DNA of 64,000 nucleotides from assembly GCA_016932695.1 (NCBI GenBank), contig JAFGCH010000016.1, positions 1,709-65,708 of the forward strand, given 5' to 3'. The notes beneath the pieces were generated by a model. It saw only the letters and a program-made list of their open reading frames with translations, ran no database searches and was not told the DNA's origin. Shown here piece by piece: positions 29,118 through 38,594 of the stretch. Position numbers and translations under genes: made by a program. Within the stretch, counting starts at the first letter, position 1. Each line of letters begins with the position of its first letter. This DNA is from Acidimicrobiia bacterium. Its GTDB lineage: Bacteria > Actinomycetota > Acidimicrobiia > Spongiisociales > UBA11373.

Positions 29118-31772
29118 TCAGGTCCCCACCGGCTGATGGTCGGTTGATCGGGTGCGGCGGGGCGGGAACGGGTCTGGGGGCATGTCCTCAAGAGCGGCGC
29201 TCTGCTCCGCCGAGGCCGGGGACTCGCCGGAGGGCAGCGCCAGGACGAAGGCGCCCGTCGGCCCGCGACGGTAGTAGAGGTCACCGCCCATCAACCGGGC
29301 CAGCCGCCGGGAGACCGAAAGGCCCAGCCCCAAGGAACCGGGCTTGCCCGGGCTGTGATGGGCGCGCTCGTAGGGTTCGAAGATGCGGCTCTCCTCTTGC
29401 GGGGCTACCCCGGGACCGTCGTCGCTCACCACCAGGGCGACGGTGGACCCGTGCTGCTCCACGGCAATGCAGATGTGATTCCCGCCGTAGCGGAAGGCGT
29501 TGGTGAGCAGGTTGCGCAGGATCTGGCGGACCCGGAGGGCGTCACCCCAGGCTGAGATATCGCCGGCCGGAGTCTCGACGATGCGGTCCTCGGGGAGGGG
29601 CAGGCCCCGTAGGGTCTGGGCGGCCTGCTCGGTCAGCGAGATCCTCTCCGCCACCACCTTCAGCTGACCGGTCTCCATGCGGGAGGCCACCAGGAGGTCC
29701 TCGACGAGGTGGGCGAGCTCCCGGCTCTGCTCCACAATCAGGCTTAGCAGTTGGCGGCGTTCCTGCGGGCGGAGGCCCTTGGCGGATCGGAGCTCCTCGG
29801 CGAGCCCGAGGACGGCGGTCAACGGGGTGCGCAGCTCGTGGGAGACGGCGGCGAGCAGTTCATCCTTGGACTGCATCAGGGCTACCAGGCGCTCCCCGGC
29901 GGCCTGGCGTTCGAGCACGTTGAGCAGCATCTCCCCGACCAGTCCCAGCAGGCGGATGTCGGCCTCGGACCACTGCCTCCCGGCGGCCAGCGAATCCAGC
30001 CCCACGAAGCCCAGGACTGCCCCGGCCCGTACCAGCGGCACGCAGATGAGTGAGGTGATTCCCTGAGCCGTGAACTCGGCTTTCTCCGCCGCCGCCTTGT
30101 CGGGGAGGTCTGCCGTTTGGGGTACGACTACCGCCCGCCCGGCACACAGGGGCCCGGTGATCCAGGGGAAGGCTGAGGTGGGGACGTCCTGGATGCGGTG
30201 CTTCATCGGAGTCACCTGGGGGGCGCACCACTCGTGGGTGTTGCTCATCCTCTCCCCATCGGGGGAGAAGCGGAACAGATAGGAGCGTGCCGCCTCCGAG
30301 TGGCGGCCGATGGCGGCCAGTGCCCGCTCGATGCCCTCGTCCGTCTCTTCGGGAGCCAGGTTGATGAACTCCGTGGAGAGCCTGGTGATCAGATTCTCCA
30401 GGGCCACCCGGCGTCCCAGCTCGGCCCGGGCCTGCTCGCGCTCGGTGAGGTCGGTGATGGTCACCACCGCTCGGCTCAGGTCGCGGTGCCCCGAGACCAG
30501 CGGCGCCGCCCACTGCAATTGGCAGACGATGCGCTGGCCTTCGACGGTGGAGCCGACCACCTCGACGCTCGTGGAGGGCCTGCCCTCCCATATGGCGACG
30601 AACTGCTCTACAAAGGAGTTCCGGGTTTCGTTGGTTAGTGTCTCCTCCAGGATGCCCCCGATGAGCGCCTCCTTGCCGGGGGCGTTCACCAGGCGGACCG
30701 CCGCCTCATTCACGTCGATCACCCGGATCAGGCGGGCCCCGTGCGCCACCTCCTCGGGATGGCGGGCCAGGTAGGCCCGCAGGTCCTGCACCCCGTCCCG
30801 GCGTAGGTCCTCGAGCCACTCCGCTACCGCCGAGTAGTCCTCCTCCCACACCGCCACGGGCATGGCCGAGACCAGCGAGCGCTGCCGTTCCTCGGCGGCC
30901 CGAATGGCCTCCAGGTCGGCGCGCCGTCGCGTGACGTCGAGTATCTGGATCACCTGGTGGGCTTCGCCGGCGGCCCGGTCGCGCAGCGTGGTGACCGCCG
31001 TCTGGCCCCAGATGAGCGCTCCATCGCGGCGGCGGTAGCGCTGTTCGAAAGGCCCCTCTTGGGGGTGCTCCGGGAATGGCCTGCCGGCATCCTCCGGGAG
31101 GATGAAGGCCAGGGGGCGGCCGCGCACCTCTGCTTCCGGGTATCCCAGCAGGGCCTCGAACGACGGATTCACCCGTCGAACGACCTCGTCCTCGCCCAGA
31201 ACCATGGCGATGGGGGCGTTCTCGAAAGCGCCGCGGAAGCGAGCCTCGCTCTGGCGCAGCCGGCGGGCGGTGTAGGCATGAGCCGCAGTGCTTCCCCAGA
31301 TGGTGGCCCCCAGGATCACGGCGGCGATCACGGAGATCGGGCCGACTCCGTGTATCAGCAGTACCAGGCCCCCGGCGGTGGCGCCGAGAGACGCCAGGTA
31401 GAGGGCGGCTCGGCGCGGGGAGTGGAGCAGGGTCACTGCGGTGCCCAGGGCGGCCAGGCCCAGGCCCGACGCTTCGGCTATCAGCCAAGCGGGGCTGCGG
31501 GCCAGCAGCAGTACCGAGGCGGCCCATACGGCCATCAGGAGGGAGGGATGGGGCCGCCCGAGGCGCAGTTGCAGCGTGCCGGCGGCGGTAGCGGCGAGGG
31601 CGACGGCACCCGCCGCGATCACCTGCGGCCCACCCGTGGCAGCGCCCACAGCCACGGTGGCGGCGCTCAGGGGATACCCGGTCAGCAGGATGATCCGGGT
31701 CAGGGTCGGCGCCATGCCCCGCGGCGGGGCGCGGTGCTTCCGAACGAGCGCCAAGGGCAGCCACAATCGCAC
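29118..31772 (-). CDS. Membrane PAS-PAS-GAF sensor histidine kinase (orphan)
   Basis: TM region, two PAS-like segments, GAF (THEWC), VSHELRTPL, RNLLTNA, DDGPG, GLGL; start GTG 31772 or ATG 31715. Confidence 0.9.
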   Translation of the reverse strand: MRLWLPLALVRKHRAPPRGMAPTLTRIILLTGYPLSAATVAVGAATGGPQVIAAGAVALAATAAGTLQLRLGRPHPSLLMAVWAASVLLLARSPAWLIAEASGLGLAALGTAVTLLHSPRRAALYLASLGATAGGLVLLIHGVGPISVIAAVILGATIWGSTAAHAYTARRLRQSEARFRGAFENAPIAMVLGEDEVVRRVNPSFEALLGYPEAEVRGRPLAFILPEDAGRPFPEHPQEGPFEQRYRRRDGALIWGQTAVTTLRDRAAGEAHQVIQILDVTRRRADLEAIRAAEERQRSLVSAMPVAVWEEDYSAVAEWLEDLRRDGVQDLRAYLARHPEEVAHGARLIRVIDVNEAAVRLVNAPGKEALIGGILEETLTNETRNSFVEQFVAIWEGRPSTSVEVVGSTVEGQRIVCQLQWAAPLVSGHRDLSRAVVTITDLTEREQARAELGRRVALENLITRLSTEFINLAPEETDEGIERALAAIGRHSEAARSYLFRFSPDGERMSNTHEWCAPQVTPMKHRIQDVPTSAFPWITGPLCAGRAVVVPQTADLPDKAAAEKAEFTAQGITSLICVPLVRAGAVLGFVGLDSLAAGRQWSEADIRLLGLVGEMLLNVLERQAAGERLVALMQSKDELLAAVSHELRTPLTAVLGLAEELRSAKGLRPQERRQLLSLIVEQSRELAHLVEDLLVASRMETGQLKVVAERISLTEQAAQTLRGLPLPEDRIVETPAGDISAWGDALRVRQILRNLLTNAFRYGGNHICIAVEQHGSTVALVVSDDGPGVAPQEESRIFEPYERAHHSPGKPGSLGLGLSVSRRLARLMGGDLYYRRGPTGAFVLALPSGESPASAEQSAALEDMPPDPFPPRRTRSTDHQPVGT

Positions 31773-31780
31773 GGGAGCAA

Positions 31781-31808
31781 CCATCGGCGGCCCGGCGGGC
31801 CACCTTGA
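31781..31808 (-). promoter_or_regulatory. Sigma28 (FliA/WhiG)-like promoter
   Basis: TCAAG-N15-GCCGATGG, 8 nt before the in-frame GTG. Confidence 0.5.
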
Positions 31809-31825
31809 CTGCAGCGCTCTGCCCT

Positions 31826-32728
31826 TCAGGGCTCCCGGCGGCTGCTGAGCCAGGCTCCGGCGATCACCAGGGCCACCCCGCCGATCGCCATCGCCGGTAT
31901 GTCCTCGTGGCGCACCAGGGCCCCCAGCAGCATGGCGACCACGGGCAGGAAATAGATGGGCAGGGAGCCGCGCACCGGGCCTACCCGTGCCCCCAGCGTG
32001 GTCGACGCCACGAAGGCCACCCCGCTCCCGAGCACCCCGAGCACCACCATGGCGCCGGCCGCTCCCCAATCCCATTCCGACCGGGGCAGGCCCCAAAGGC
32101 CGAAGGGGAGTACCAGGGCCAGGGCCACGAGTTGGGCCCGCAACAGCACCGGGAGGCTCCCGTAGCGCTGGGTGAGGGGCACCGCCAGGTTGAAGGCCAC
32201 GGCGTAGAGCACGGTGGCGAAGACCAGCAGGGCGATGCCCAGGGGGCTGCCGCCTACTCCGGTGGCCTCGGAGAGGGTGACCAGCAGTACCCCGGTGAAG
32301 CCGACGGCCAGGCCGAGCACCTGTGGCGGGCCGGGCATTTGGCGCAGCAGCAGGGCTGCCAAGGCGGCAGAGAAGAGCGGCATGCTGCCGTTGATGGCGC
32401 CGGCGGTGGAGGAATCGACCCACTGCTGGGCGATGGGGTAGAGCAGCAGGGGGACCGCCATCCACACCACGGCGAGGAGGGCCACGCGAGGCCAGTCGGC
32501 TCGGTCGATGGGCCGCCGGGTCCTCGGGAACAGGGCCAGGGCAGCCGCGCCGAGGAGTAGTCGGCTCAGACTCACCACCGGGGGAGAGAAGTGGTCGAGG
32601 CCTTCGGCGATCCACAGGAAAGAGGAGCCCCACATGAGGGCGATCGCCACCAGCAGGCCCCACTCCGCCGGCCCGAAGGCTGCCGGACGGGTGCCCGGAG
32701 CAGTGGTGAGGACGGGGCGGCGCGCCAC
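31826..32728 (-). CDS. DMT/EamA family transporter
   Basis: WGSSFLWI, SSTAGAING, YFLPVVAMLLG. Confidence 0.88.
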   Translation of the reverse strand: MARRPVLTTAPGTRPAAFGPAEWGLLVAIALMWGSSFLWIAEGLDHFSPPVVSLSRLLLGAAALALFPRTRRPIDRADWPRVALLAVVWMAVPLLLYPIAQQWVDSSTAGAINGSMPLFSAALAALLLRQMPGPPQVLGLAVGFTGVLLVTLSEATGVGGSPLGIALLVFATVLYAVAFNLAVPLTQRYGSLPVLLRAQLVALALVLPFGLWGLPRSEWDWGAAGAMVVLGVLGSGVAFVASTTLGARVGPVRGSLPIYFLPVVAMLLGALVRHEDIPAMAIGGVALVIAGAWLSSRREP

Positions 32729-32856
32729 GGAGCCGCACACTAGGCCCGGGACGACGCGTCGGCGCCCGGCGGGGGGGTGAGGGGGCGCTCACCCCGCTGC
32801 CGGGCGCCGGTGGGCTGCGCCGGAGGGAAGCGCAGGCGGGAGCCCTCTCCCCGGCC

Positions 32857-32968
32857 CCCTCTCCCGGCAAGCCGGTCATGTGGAGGCCCTCACCCCCCGC
32901 CCTCTCCCGGCAAGCCGGTCATGTGGAGGCCCTCACCCCCCGCCCTCTCCCGGCAAGCCGGGAGAGGG
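32857..32968 (+). repeat. Two identical 43-bp tandem units plus a terminal REP-like palindrome
   Basis: CCCTCTCCCGGCAAGCCGGTCATGTGGAGGCCCTCACCCCCCG at 32857 and 32900, then CCCTCTCCCGGC-AA-GCCGGGAGAGGG. Confidence 0.9.
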
Positions 32969-32984
32969 GGCTGCAGGCGGGGGA

Positions 32985-34160
32985 TCAGTCGGGGCGTTCG
33001 GTCAGGGTCACCTCCACGGCGATCTCCTCCCCGCCCCGGGTGATGGTCAGCGTCACCGTGTCGTCGGGCAGCGAGGCGCGCACCGCCGCGCCCAGGTCGG
33101 CGAAGCTCTCGATGCGCTGCCCCTGATAGCCGGTCACCAGGTCGCCCACCTGCAGGCCCGCCTCGTCGGCAGGCGAATCGGGGACGATCCCGGTGAGCAG
33201 AGCGCCGACTCGGCCCCGGGTGGGATCGGTGCCCTCGACGCCGAGGAAGGCGGGGCGAATCTCCTCGCCGGCGATGAGGCGCTCGGCCACCGACAGCGCG
33301 GTGTCGATGGGGATGGCGAAACCGACTCCGTCGCTGCCGCCGGAACTGGAGTAGATGGCGTCGTTGATGCCGATCACCCGGCCGTGACGGTCGGCGAGTG
33401 CCCCCCCGGAGTTGCCCGGGTTGATGGGGGCGTCGGTCTGGATCATGGTGCGGGGGATGCCGTCGGAGCCGGTAATCGTCCTGCCCACGCTGCTCACCAC
33501 CCCGGCGGTGACGGTTTGGTCGAGGCCCCACGGGCTCCCGATGGCGATGGCCATCTGGCCCACGCGGATCTCCTCGGCGTCGGCGATGGAGGCGGCGGGG
33601 AGGTCGGTCTCCTCCACCCGGACTACGGCCACGTCGCTGTTGTCGTCGGCGCCCACCACGCTGCCTTCGAGGCGAGTGCCGTCGGCGAGGCGCACGGTGA
33701 CGTCGTTGCTGCCCGCTATCACGTGGGCGGCGGTGATGATGTAGCCGTCGGCTCGGAAGATGACTCCGGAGCCCAGTCCGCGCCGCGTCTCCAATTGCAC
33801 CACCGAAGGGGAGAGGGCGGCGGCCACGTCGGCTACCGGTTCGTCTGAGTCCCCGATGGTGCCGCTGGCGGCGGGGAGAGTGGTGGTCGTGGATGCCGCC
33901 GGAGCATCCTCACCGTCGTCGCCGGAGGTCGCCCGGCCGATGAAGAAGGCGCCCACGGCCAGGGCCAGTACGGCGGCGATGATCCCTACGGCCGGCCAGA
34001 TGCGGCGCGGTTTGGAGGTGGGGACGGCCGGCGCGGCGGGAGCAGGCGGCGTCGCTACCGGAGCTGCCTCCGTTGGAGTGGTGGCCGCCTCTGCTGTCGG
34101 AGCCTCCGGCTCGCCGGCCGCGGTTTCCTCGGGCGTCGCAGGTGTCAGGTCGTCGTTCAT
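32985..34160 (-). CDS. HtrA/DegP-like S1C serine protease with TM anchor and one PDZ domain
   Basis: AGGAGG SD; ITAAHV, SDVAV, QTDAPINPGNSGG, PDZ (DSPADEAGLQVGD). Confidence 0.95.
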   Translation of the reverse strand: MNDDLTPATPEETAAGEPEAPTAEAATTPTEAAPVATPPAPAAPAVPTSKPRRIWPAVGIIAAVLALAVGAFFIGRATSGDDGEDAPAASTTTTLPAASGTIGDSDEPVADVAAALSPSVVQLETRRGLGSGVIFRADGYIITAAHVIAGSNDVTVRLADGTRLEGSVVGADDNSDVAVVRVEETDLPAASIADAEEIRVGQMAIAIGSPWGLDQTVTAGVVSSVGRTITGSDGIPRTMIQTDAPINPGNSGGALADRHGRVIGINDAIYSSSGGSDGVGFAIPIDTALSVAERLIAGEEIRPAFLGVEGTDPTRGRVGALLTGIVPDSPADEAGLQVGDLVTGYQGQRIESFADLGAAVRASLPDDTVTLTITRGGEEIAVEVTLTERPD

Positions 34161-34260
34161 GAGTCCTCCTGAATCCATCACCCCCAATGATGCCGCCGCC
34201 CGGTTTGGTAACTGTTAGGGAATGCTGAGAAGTCGCGCGCGGGAGAGGCTGTGGGTCTGC

Positions 34261-34393
34261 TCCCTCTCCCGGCTTGCCGGGAGAGCGCTGGGGTGAGGGC
34301 AAGGGCGCGACATGGCTTTCCTTGCGGGTTGCCCTCACCGTCCCGGCCGCCTGGCGGCGGCCTCCGCGCCTCTCCCGCATTCGCGGGAGAGGC
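34261..34393. repeat. Inverted pair of REP-like palindromic elements
   Basis: Minus-strand CCCTCACCCCAGCGCTCTCCCGGCAAGCCGGGAGAGGGA (34299-34261) and plus-strand CCCTCACC...GCCTCTCCCGCATTCGCGGGAGAGGC. Confidence 0.75.
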
Positions 34394-34397
34394 AGCG

Positions 34398-36092
34398 TCA
34401 CGGATTCATCGAGTAGGCGTCGCGCAAGGCGAACACCTGCCCCCACACCCGGCCGTAGCGCTCCGGGTCGGGGATGGGGCGGCGGATCATCTGCAGGCAG
34501 TGCTCCGCCTGGGCGGCAGTGGTGGTGGGCTTCCCCTGGAGGATGACGGCGAAGCGGGAGAAGTCGCGTACCAGCACGTCGAACACCTGGTCCACCAGGT
34601 CGGCCTCCACCCCGTAGATCTCGGCGTTCTCCAGGAACAACTGGGCGTACACCACCAGGGTGAAGATCTCCCCCAGGGCCAGCAGGAAGTCGATGTCGGC
34701 CGCCTGCTCCTTGGTGGGGGTGGCCATCATCAGCATCTGCTCCAGCGCCCGGGTCTGCTCCTGGAACAGGCGCACGTTGGGCAGGTCGAACCGCTCGAAG
34801 ATCGGCCGGAAGTCGTGGAAGCGGATCTTGCCCAGGCCCCGGGCCGGGCCCTGGTTGAAGAGGAAGGCGTCGTCGGCCGGGTCGTCGCGGCGGGGCACCG
34901 GGGGCAGGTCCACCGGGTGGAAGAAGTAGTTCTCCATGAACTTGACGATCAGGGCGATGTTGACGTGCACCGTGCCTTCGAGCTTGGGCAGGGCCCGGAT
35001 GTCGCGGGCGGCCATCTCGAAGAAGGTGTCCTTCTCGAACCCCTTGGCGGCGATGACGTCCCACATGTGGTTGATGACGTCCTCCCCCTGGGTGGTGACC
35101 TTCATCTTGACCACCGGGTTGTACAGCAGGTAGCGCCGGTCGTCGGCCGAGGCGGAGCGCATGTAGTCGGCGGTGCGCAGGGCCACCAGCTTCATGGCTG
35201 CCAGACGGCAGTAGGCATCGGTGAAGAGCGCCTTCACGTGGGGGAAGTCGGTGACCGCCATGCCGTAGAGGTGCCGGTTGGCGGCGTGGTGGATGGCCTC
35301 GTAGAAGGCGTGGGTGCAGATGCCGATGGAGGCCCAGCCCAGGTTGTACTTGCCGATGTTGACCGTGTTGAGGGCGGCGTCCCAGGCGGCGTCACCCCGC
35401 AGCAGGATGTCTTCGGGCCGCACCACGTAGTCGGCCAGTTCGTACTCGGCTACGAAGTTCTGGCTGTGTACCACGTTCTGCACGCAGGTGTAGCCGGGCC
35501 GAGCGGGGTCGGTGGCGAAGAAGCACCACTCGCCGGTGTCGGTGATCTTGGCGAAGGTGGACACCAGCGAGGCCTCGTTGCCGTTGCCGATGTAGTACTT
35601 GCGGCCGTTGGCCCGCCAGGTGCCGTCGCCCGCCGGGGTCATGGACATTTCGGTGGAGTACAGGTCGGCGCCGTGGGCTTTCTCCGAAAGGCCGTAAGCG
35701 AAAATGCCGCCCTCTTCCAGCAGCCGCCCCGTCTGCTGCTTGACCGCTTCGTTGTCGCTCATCCAGATGGGCCCCAGCCCCAGCACGCTGACCTGCCAGG
35801 TGTACCAGTAGGGCAGGCCGTAGAAGCCCAGGATTTCGGCGAACTCGCAGATGCGCCAGGTGTCCCATCGGCAGTCGGGGGCGCCGTAGCCCGCTCGGGT
35901 GCACATGGTGGCGAAGAGGCGCTCCTGCCGGGCGAACTCCAGGAAGTCCCGGTACCACACCGCCGCCCGGTCGTCCTCCTTCACCTTCTGCAGGCCTTTG
36001 GCCTCGAAGAACTCCACCGTCCGGCGCATCACTTCGGCAGAGCGTGCGTCGGGATAGGGACGGTCGAGGTGACGAGGATTGAGGAGGGTCAT
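34398..36092 (-). CDS. Acyl-CoA dehydrogenase
   Basis: YGLSEKAHGAD, NGRKYYIGN, LPKLEGTVHVN. Confidence 0.9.
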   Translation of the reverse strand: MTLLNPRHLDRPYPDARSAEVMRRTVEFFEAKGLQKVKEDDRAAVWYRDFLEFARQERLFATMCTRAGYGAPDCRWDTWRICEFAEILGFYGLPYWYTWQVSVLGLGPIWMSDNEAVKQQTGRLLEEGGIFAYGLSEKAHGADLYSTEMSMTPAGDGTWRANGRKYYIGNGNEASLVSTFAKITDTGEWCFFATDPARPGYTCVQNVVHSQNFVAEYELADYVVRPEDILLRGDAAWDAALNTVNIGKYNLGWASIGICTHAFYEAIHHAANRHLYGMAVTDFPHVKALFTDAYCRLAAMKLVALRTADYMRSASADDRRYLLYNPVVKMKVTTQGEDVINHMWDVIAAKGFEKDTFFEMAARDIRALPKLEGTVHVNIALIVKFMENYFFHPVDLPPVPRRDDPADDAFLFNQGPARGLGKIRFHDFRPIFERFDLPNVRLFQEQTRALEQMLMMATPTKEQAADIDFLLALGEIFTLVVYAQLFLENAEIYGVEADLVDQVFDVLVRDFSRFAVILQGKPTTTAAQAEHCLQMIRRPIPDPERYGRVWGQVFALRDAYSMNP

Positions 36093-36205
36093 GGCTGCTC
36101 CTGGCTGGGTTCCGGCTTGCTGTGGAGGCTACCGGGCGGGAGGGCGCAGTGCCGGGGAGGCTCGGCCGCCGGCGCCGTGGGTACGATCTCTGCCGGGAGG
36201 TAGCG

Positions 36206-36595
36206 ATGGCCAAGGAGTACATCGCCGGTGTCTGCAACATCGGACCGGCGGAGACGGCAAGACGCCGGCGGGTGGGCGAGCGGGGAGCGCTGGCGGCGCT
36301 GGGCCTGCTGGTGCTGCTACGGCTGATCGGGGCGCCCCGCGCCTGGCGGCTGCTGGTGTTCTTCCCGGCGGCGGTGTCGGCCGCCGGCTACCTGCAGGCG
36401 GCGCGCCGCTTCTGCGCGGCCTACGGATGGAAGGGAGTGCTCAACTTCGGCGCGCTGGGCTCGGTGGAAGCGGTGGAGGAGGCTGAAGCCAGGGCGGAGG
36501 ATCGCAAGCAGGCCTTGGCCATCGCCCGGCAGTCGGCGGCGATCGGCCTGGGCGTGGCGCTGCTGGCGGTGGTGGCCGGTGGCGGGCGCCGCTGA
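36206..36595 (+). CDS. Hypothetical membrane protein (CNIG motif)
   Basis: GGAGG SD; CNIGPAE..RR, two TM helices, LQAARRFC, C-terminal TM. Confidence 0.7.
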   Translation: MAKEYIAGVCNIGPAETARRRRVGERGALAALGLLVLLRLIGAPRAWRLLVFFPAAVSAAGYLQAARRFCAAYGWKGVLNFGALGSVEAVEEAEARAEDRKQALAIARQSAAIGLGVALLAVVAGGGRR

Positions 36596-36695
36596 GGCCT
36601 GGTTGCCGTTCGCCCTCAACGCGCCGGGCACGACTTCCCACCTTTCCGGGACCGACCGGTCCGAGGCCGGCGCGTCCCGCGGCTAGCGTCCGCCC

Positions 36696-37442
36696 ATGCC
36701 CATGCAGAGCCCCATCGACATCACCCGTGACGCCCTGGTTCCTCTAGAGCCCGGTCCCGCACCGCACTTCCACTACCCGGCGGCCCCCGTGCCTGCTGCC
36801 GTCCGCTTCGAGGCCAAGGACGGAGACCCCACGCCCGACGGGGTGGAGGTGGTCCCGGAGATAGTGGTGGTCCCTGCAGAGGGGGACGCTCGGGTGGAGT
36901 GGGGCGATGCCCTCTATCGGCTGCAGTCGTTCCACTGGCACACCCCGTCGGAGCACTGGCTCGGCGGCAGCCCCCTGCCCCTGGAACTGCACCTGGTGCA
37001 CCGGCGATCCGGGGACGGGGCCTTCCTGGTGGTGGGGGTGCTCTACCGGATTGGGGGGCACAATGCCGGGATCGCCCCGGCCTTCGGCCTCATCGGGGGC
37101 TTCGACCCGGCGACCCTGGCTCCCGATCGGCCGCAGGAGGCCTCGGCGACTATCAGCCTCGCCGGCCTGCTGCCCGAGGGGCAGACGACCTACCGCTACC
37201 CCGGGTCGCTGACCACGGCGCCCTTCAGCGAGGGGGTCTCCTGGGTGGTGTTCACCGAGTTGCCCGAGGCCTCGGCTGAACAGGTGGCCGCCCACGACCG
37301 CCTGGTGTCGGCTCCGACGCCTCTTTGCGGCGGCCGCCCCAACCCTCCGGGGAACGCCCGCCGGGTGCAGGATCCGGCCGGGCGACAGATCGCCACGGAC
37401 CTGCCCCTGCCATCGGGCCCCGGCCGGGGATCGTCTTCCTAG
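36696..37442 (+). CDS. Alpha-class carbonic anhydrase, no signal peptide
   Basis: QSPIDI, FHWHTPSEH, ELHLVH, YRYPGSLTT, NARRVQ. Confidence 0.9.
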   Translation: MPMQSPIDITRDALVPLEPGPAPHFHYPAAPVPAAVRFEAKDGDPTPDGVEVVPEIVVVPAEGDARVEWGDALYRLQSFHWHTPSEHWLGGSPLPLELHLVHRRSGDGAFLVVGVLYRIGGHNAGIAPAFGLIGGFDPATLAPDRPQEASATISLAGLLPEGQTTYRYPGSLTTAPFSEGVSWVVFTELPEASAEQVAAHDRLVSAPTPLCGGRPNPPGNARRVQDPAGRQIATDLPLPSGPGRGSSS

Positions 37443-38041
37443 GGCAGCAGCCTCCAGGCCTCCACCCAGGCGAGGCCTTCCTCCAGGCCGAGGCTCCCCC
37501 TAAAGGAGGCCTCGAAGTACTGGCCTTCCTCCTGCCACTGCACCGCGCCCATGTCGCCGTCCTCGCCGGCGCAGGCGTCGGGGTCGTCGCGGAAGGTGAG
37601 GGTGGCGAAGTCCGAGGGGCAGTCGGCGGTGCCGACGAAGCTCCGGATCAGCACGATCGTGTCGTTGCCAGTCTGGATGTTCAGGGTGATGCTGGTGCTG
37701 CCGGCGAACGTCGCCCCGCTGCCCCAGCCGAAACTCATGGAGTCGGCCAGGGCGGTGGTCTCCTCACCGGTGGGCGAAGGGGAGTCGGGGATCATCAGCA
37801 CCGCCCCCAGTTCCTCCAACCCGGCCACCAGTTCCGCCTCGGTGGCGGCGTCGGGGGATTCCGCCGGGGTCCATTCCACCCAGCTGATGGGCCCGGGGAG
37901 GGGGACGGTGCCGGTGACGCCGGGGGCGCTTGGGTCCAGCGTGCCGGTGCTGTCGGCGGAGGTATCCCTGCTGTCGTCGCCGCAGGCCGCCAGAGCCATG
38001 ACGGCCACGACGAGTGCGGTCAGGGCCGTGCGGTACTTCAT
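37439..38041 (-). CDS. Hypothetical lipoprotein
   Basis: Lipobox LAAC; TATCGT 7 nt before ATG. Confidence 0.7.
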   Translation of the reverse strand: MKYRTALTALVVAVMALAACGDDSRDTSADSTGTLDPSAPGVTGTVPLPGPISWVEWTPAESPDAATEAELVAGLEELGAVLMIPDSPSPTGEETTALADSMSFGWGSGATFAGSTSITLNIQTGNDTIVLIRSFVGTADCPSDFATLTFRDDPDACAGEDGDMGAVQWQEEGQYFEASFRGSLGLEEGLAWVEAWRLLP

Positions 38042-38082
38042 GACCGCGACGATACGCCGCGGCGAGGCGATCTGCAGGAAGG

Positions 38083-38155
38083 TGCCCCCGGCAGGATTCG
38101 AACCTGCGACACACGGTTTAGGAAACCGCTGCTCTATCCCCTGAGCTACGAGGGC
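38083..38155 (-). tRNA. tRNA-Arg(CCU), CCA not encoded
   Basis: GCCCTCGTAGCTCAGGGGATAGAGC, anticodon loop TTCCTAA, GGTTCGAATCC. Confidence 0.95.
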
Positions 38156-38197
38156 GGGGTCTCGCCTGATCGAGTGTAGAAACCCGACCGGCTCCCT

Positions 38198-38515
38198 TCA
38201 GGCGTGGTCGACGCAGCGGGTGGCCCAAGGGCGGGCTTCCAGGCGTTCGGGGGCGATCTCAACGCCGCACGCGTCGCATCGGCCGTAGGTTCCCTCGGCA
38301 AGCTTCTCCTGAGCCCGCTTCACGTCGGTGAGCATCGCCTGCAGCTTCTCCTCGGCCGACACCGCGGTGATCCGGTCGACGGCTTGGCTGGTGCCCTCGC
38401 CCACGCGCTTGCCGAAGCCGATCGACCCCGGCTCCGGGGGTCGGCGCAGCACTTCGAGTTGCTCTTCCAGCGAGGCTCGCTTGGCGGCTAGTTCTGCGGC
38501 AGGATCGTGCGCCAC
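38198..38515 (-). CDS. TraR/DksA C4-type zinc finger protein
   Basis: GTYGRCDACGVEIAPERLEARPWATRCVDH. Confidence 0.88.
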   Translation of the reverse strand: MAHDPAAELAAKRASLEEQLEVLRRPPEPGSIGFGKRVGEGTSQAVDRITAVSAEEKLQAMLTDVKRAQEKLAEGTYGRCDACGVEIAPERLEARPWATRCVDHA

Positions 38516-38594
38516 CAACCCATCCTCGTCCTTAGCCCGGGACTCGTCCAGAGGTAGGCTCCCGGCGAGAGCAGTGGCGAGCACGGCCGACCGA

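Noticed and set aside
29118-32879. 1253-aa giant kinase
   Set aside because: The N-terminal ~370 aa overlap the DMT gene in another frame and are low complexity; the real start is near 31772
32857-32968. Possible mini CRISPR array
   Set aside because: Units are identical end to end with no unique spacers, and no cas genes are in the window; better explained as REP-like tandem duplication
20113-38155. tRNA-anchored genomic island or prophage
   Set aside because: No integrase, no phage genes and no convincing duplicated tRNA 3' end; a 10-nt match near 24692 is expected by chance
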